DNA from: Centroscyllium fabricii
Lineage: Eukaryota
Assembly: GCA_051313645.2 (NCBI GenBank)
Contig: JBNRSN020000167.1
Span: 186,001 to 250,000 of the forward strand
DNA: 64,000 bases
Direction of reading: 5' to 3'
In this document: in pieces, positions 62,600 through 64,000 of the stretch
Position numbering within the stretch: position 1 is the first letter of the stretch
How the letters are laid out: each line of letters opens with the position of its first letter
Notes under the pieces: generated by a model
The model's database searches: none
Told to the model about the DNA's origin: nothing
The model's input: only the letters and a program-made list of their open reading frames with translations
Translations under genes and position numbers: made by a program

Positions 62600-62739
62600 T
62601 GCATTCTCCCAGTAACGTTGTCTCCTAGTAGCACAATCTGCCATGAACCCCTTCTGCCAGTAACACCATCTCCCGGTAACACCATCTCCCGGTAACACTG
62701 TCTGCCAGTAATAGCTCCTCCCCCAGTAATACAGTTACA
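62600..62739. repeat. Degenerate terminal monomers forming the right boundary of the array
   Basis: About 8 units keep the 16-bp register but carry multiple substitutions each (e.g. TAGTAGCACAATCTGC, CATGAACCCCTTCTGC, CAGTAATAGCTCCTCCCC). The last recognisable half-units, CAGTAATA-CAGTTACA, end at ~62,739. Confidence 0.85.
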
Positions 62740-63044
62740 CTCATTAATCGATTCTTCCACAAGCGCACTGTGGTCCCCTGCTGCCTGGGAACACGCTCCT
62801 CCGTAATCGGTTCTACCTACCTACCATTTTGTTTGATTTAACGTCCAAGCCCCCCGATATTGTGCCAGCCCGGAGCTGGTGTGCTGCAATGTCATGCCCA
62901 TTTGGTGCCCAGCTAACTAGTGACATGGTACAGAGGCCCAAGCCTTAAAATGGTTCGGCCTCTTTGCCCCCGACATGGGATTGTGAGTCCGCCTGAAGGT
63001 TATAATCAGCCCCCATAATTCGAGGTAAGACTAGTGAGCATTTA
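62740..63044. other. Unassigned non-satellite spacer between the array and the LINE fragment
   Basis: No 16-bp periodicity, no long ORF and no family motif that I recognise. Confidence 0.5.
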
Positions 63045-63440
63045 CAGAGGGGCTTGTTAAAAGTATTCAGACACACGGTGTAAGAGGAAATGTAGAAGCG
63101 TGGATAGGAAGTTGCTTGATGGACAGAAAACAGAGTTGGATAAATGGGTGTTGCTCAGGTTGGGCAGGGGTTGGAAGTGGGGTCACTGCTGTGGATATAG
63201 GGCGCACAATCTCAAAATCTGCCAACAGCACAAAAGTAGGATTTGGCAAACAAGAAAGAGGATTGTTAAAGATTGCAGGAAATATAGACAACTTAGTGGG
63301 TTGGGCAGACAGGTGGCAGATGCAGTTTCACATGGAGAACAATGAGATATGCATTTTGGGAGGAAAAACAAAGAATGAGAGTATCCACTCAATGGAAAGC
63401 TGCTGGAGGGTGTGGGTGAACAGAGAGAACAAGGGGAGTC
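63045..63440 (+). mobile_element. Decayed CR1-type non-LTR retrotransposon (LINE) ORF2, reverse transcriptase region, 5' part of the fragment
   Basis: The translation IQTHGVRGNVEAWIGSCLMDRKQSWINGCCSGWAGVGSGV...ISKSANSTKVG...NIDNLVGWADRWQMQF, then after a frameshift HFGRKNKE*EYPLNGKLLEGVGEQRE, is colinear with the CR1 ORF2 pattern HGIxGxVLxWIxxWLxDRKQRVxING-SGV, ISKFADDTKLG, WAxxWQMxFN, HFGRKN, YxLNG, EQRDLG. It carries an internal deletion, a frameshift and a TGA at 63376-63378. Matched from memory of the family, not by database search. Confidence 0.9.
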
Positions 63441-63592
63441 TCTCTGTGTCTAACACACGGTCAGGAGCACGTATCAGGAGACTGCGCATAGGTAACCCAA
63501 CGACAAGCAGTGGGTGAAAGATCGCGGCTTGGGGAGCACAATTTCCTCCATTTGAGCTCCCGGGGGCAACGAGGAGAACAGCAGAGGAAAAT
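63441..63592. other. ~150-bp sequence inserted into the CR1 fragment (unidentified; possible fragment of another repeat)
   Basis: CR1 homology stops after EQREQG (consensus EQRDLGV) and resumes a few codons later in the consensus at THNTLKVRVQVDKA (consensus VHxSLKVxxQVDK). The intervening sequence is CpG-richer. I saw no clear target-site duplication. Confidence 0.6.
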
Positions 63593-63836
63593 CCCACTCA
63601 CAATACCCTGAAAGTGAGAGTACAGGTAGATAAAGCCAGAAAAAGTATTTTGGGTTTTAGAAATAGAAGCACAGTAGAGGAATAAAGAGGTAATGATAAA
63701 TTTGTACAACTTACTGGTAATCCCACAGTTCGAGTACTGTGTGCAGATTTGGAGCCCCTATTATAGAAAGGACATGAAAGCCATAAAGAGCGTACAGCGT
63801 AGATTCACCAGGCTGATGCCAGTGATAGGAAACTAT
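63593..63836 (+). mobile_element. Decayed CR1-type LINE ORF2, C-terminal region, 3' part of the fragment
   Basis: HNTLKVRVQVDKA is followed by EVMINLYNLLVIPQFEYCVQIWSPYYRKDMKAIKSVQRRFTRLMPVIGNY (ORF 63693), matching the hallmark CR1 segment LYKxLVRPHLEYCVQFWSPxxxKDIxxLExVQRRFTRMIPG. Confidence 0.93.
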
Positions 63837-64000
63837 GGGGGAAAAATGGGGTTTGGGGCGCTAACCTCTGCGAGGGCTACTTTTAGCGCCCTGAAAAAGT
63901 TAGCGCCTGAAATTGGGTTTTAGCCCCCAAGTAGGAGGGGGGGCACAACTGCAAACGCCCTACCTCGTTCCTTGGGCGCAACAACTCAATTTCAGCCGCT
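63837..64000. mobile_element. Probable end of a second, non-autonomous (MITE/DNA-transposon-like) element interrupting the CR1 fragment; truncated by the window edge
   Basis: CR1 homology ends abruptly at 63836. The new sequence begins GGGGGAAAAATGGGG and carries a reiterated TTAGCGCC motif in both orientations (63856-63864 reverse, 63883-63891, 63900-63907, variant 63920-63927). Confidence 0.4.

Larger units (their letters stand above)
1..62739. repeat. Large tandem satellite/minisatellite array, 16-bp monomer CAGTCTCCCAG(T/C)AA(T/C)G, about 3,900 copies, single orientation, continues beyond the left edge
   Basis: 16-bp periodicity is directly visible throughout, e.g. runs of CAGTCTCCCAGTAATG at ~14,250-14,410 and CAGTCTCCCAGTAACG at ~41,290-41,445. 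I saw no inversion and no foreign insertion. Copy number is array length divided by 16. Confidence 0.99.

Noticed and set aside
221-62615. Plus-strand SQQCSLPAMQSPSNAV ORFs as mucin-like or keratin-associated proteins
   Set aside because: They appear, often in overlapping triplets, only where runs of CAA/GAA variants lack TAA, and they end at the next in-frame GTAA monomer.
1-62739. CRISPR array or other repeat-spacer system (constant CAGTCTCCCAG plus a variable 5 nt)
   Set aside because: The variable part is 5 nt with a few recurrent alleles rather than unique spacers. The constant part mutates as well, there are no cas genes or leader, and the flank is a vertebrate-type LINE.
1-62739. Telomeric or telomerase-derived repeat
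   Set aside because: I saw no TTAGGG/CCCTAA tracts, and kb-scale duplication of rare variants indicates recombinational amplification.
1-62739. Immunoglobulin switch-like region (WGCW motifs TGCA/AGCA in most monomers)
   Set aside because: There are no Ig exons in the window, AGCT is nearly absent, the array is far longer than known switch regions, and 4-bp motifs are uninformative.
1-62739. Resemblance to the ZNF143/SBS motif (TCCCANAATGC), Chi (GCTGGTGG) or the Jeffreys minisatellite core
   Set aside because: The spacing is wrong for ZNF143 (two bases between CCCA and AATGC), and the matches to Chi and the core sequence are only partial (GCTGGGAG). None is supportable.
1-62739. G-quadruplex or i-motif array
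   Set aside because: There is only one GGG per monomer, with 13-nt loops. This is outside the canonical G3N1-7 pattern and weak at best.
62326-62760. Minus-strand ORF starting just outside the array as the N-terminus of a repeat protein
   Set aside because: It starts at GTG, has only a few non-repeat codons and stops after 144 aa.
62850-63030. Possible exon ending at the donor-like GAG/GTAAGA (63022-63030)
   Set aside because: The acceptor is weak and all three frames between 62,850 and 63,024 contain stops. A lone donor-like 9-mer is expected by chance.
63067-63709. Short ORFs 63067-63291, 63100-63345, 63183-63392, 63328-63597 and 63461-63709
   Set aside because: These are antisense or off-frame readings of the CR1 remnant and its insert, with no independent coding signal.

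Overview
This window is eukaryotic repetitive DNA with no credible intact gene. Positions 1 to about 62,739 (98% of the window, open at the left edge) are one head-to-tail satellite array of a 16-bp monomer, consensus CAGTCTCC-CAG(T/C)AA(T/C)G, with roughly 3,900 copies. Rare variant monomers act as landmarks. They show nested higher-order duplications (about 0.3, 0.5, 0.8, 2.2, 2.5, 2.9-3.1, 3.7, 5 and 6-7.5 kb) arranged in about four sequence layers, with the most degenerate monomers at the right edge. The hundreds of ORFs in the track (WETALLGDCITGRLHY and SQQCSLPAMQSPSNAV repeats) are arithmetic consequences of a 16-mer that is stop-free on the minus strand (and on the plus strand where CAA variants run), not genes. 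The last ~1.25 kb is non-satellite: a ~300-bp unassigned spacer, then a decayed CR1-type LINE ORF2 (reverse transcriptase) fragment split by a ~150-bp insertion, then the start of a probable second transposon. The CR1 remnant points to a vertebrate, plausibly a cartilaginous fish (inference). I found no evidence for a CRISPR-like or protein-coding system. The points of interest are the internal grammar and evolutionary layering of the satellite. Duplication boundaries were read by eye from landmark variants and are approximate (about +/-100 bp).
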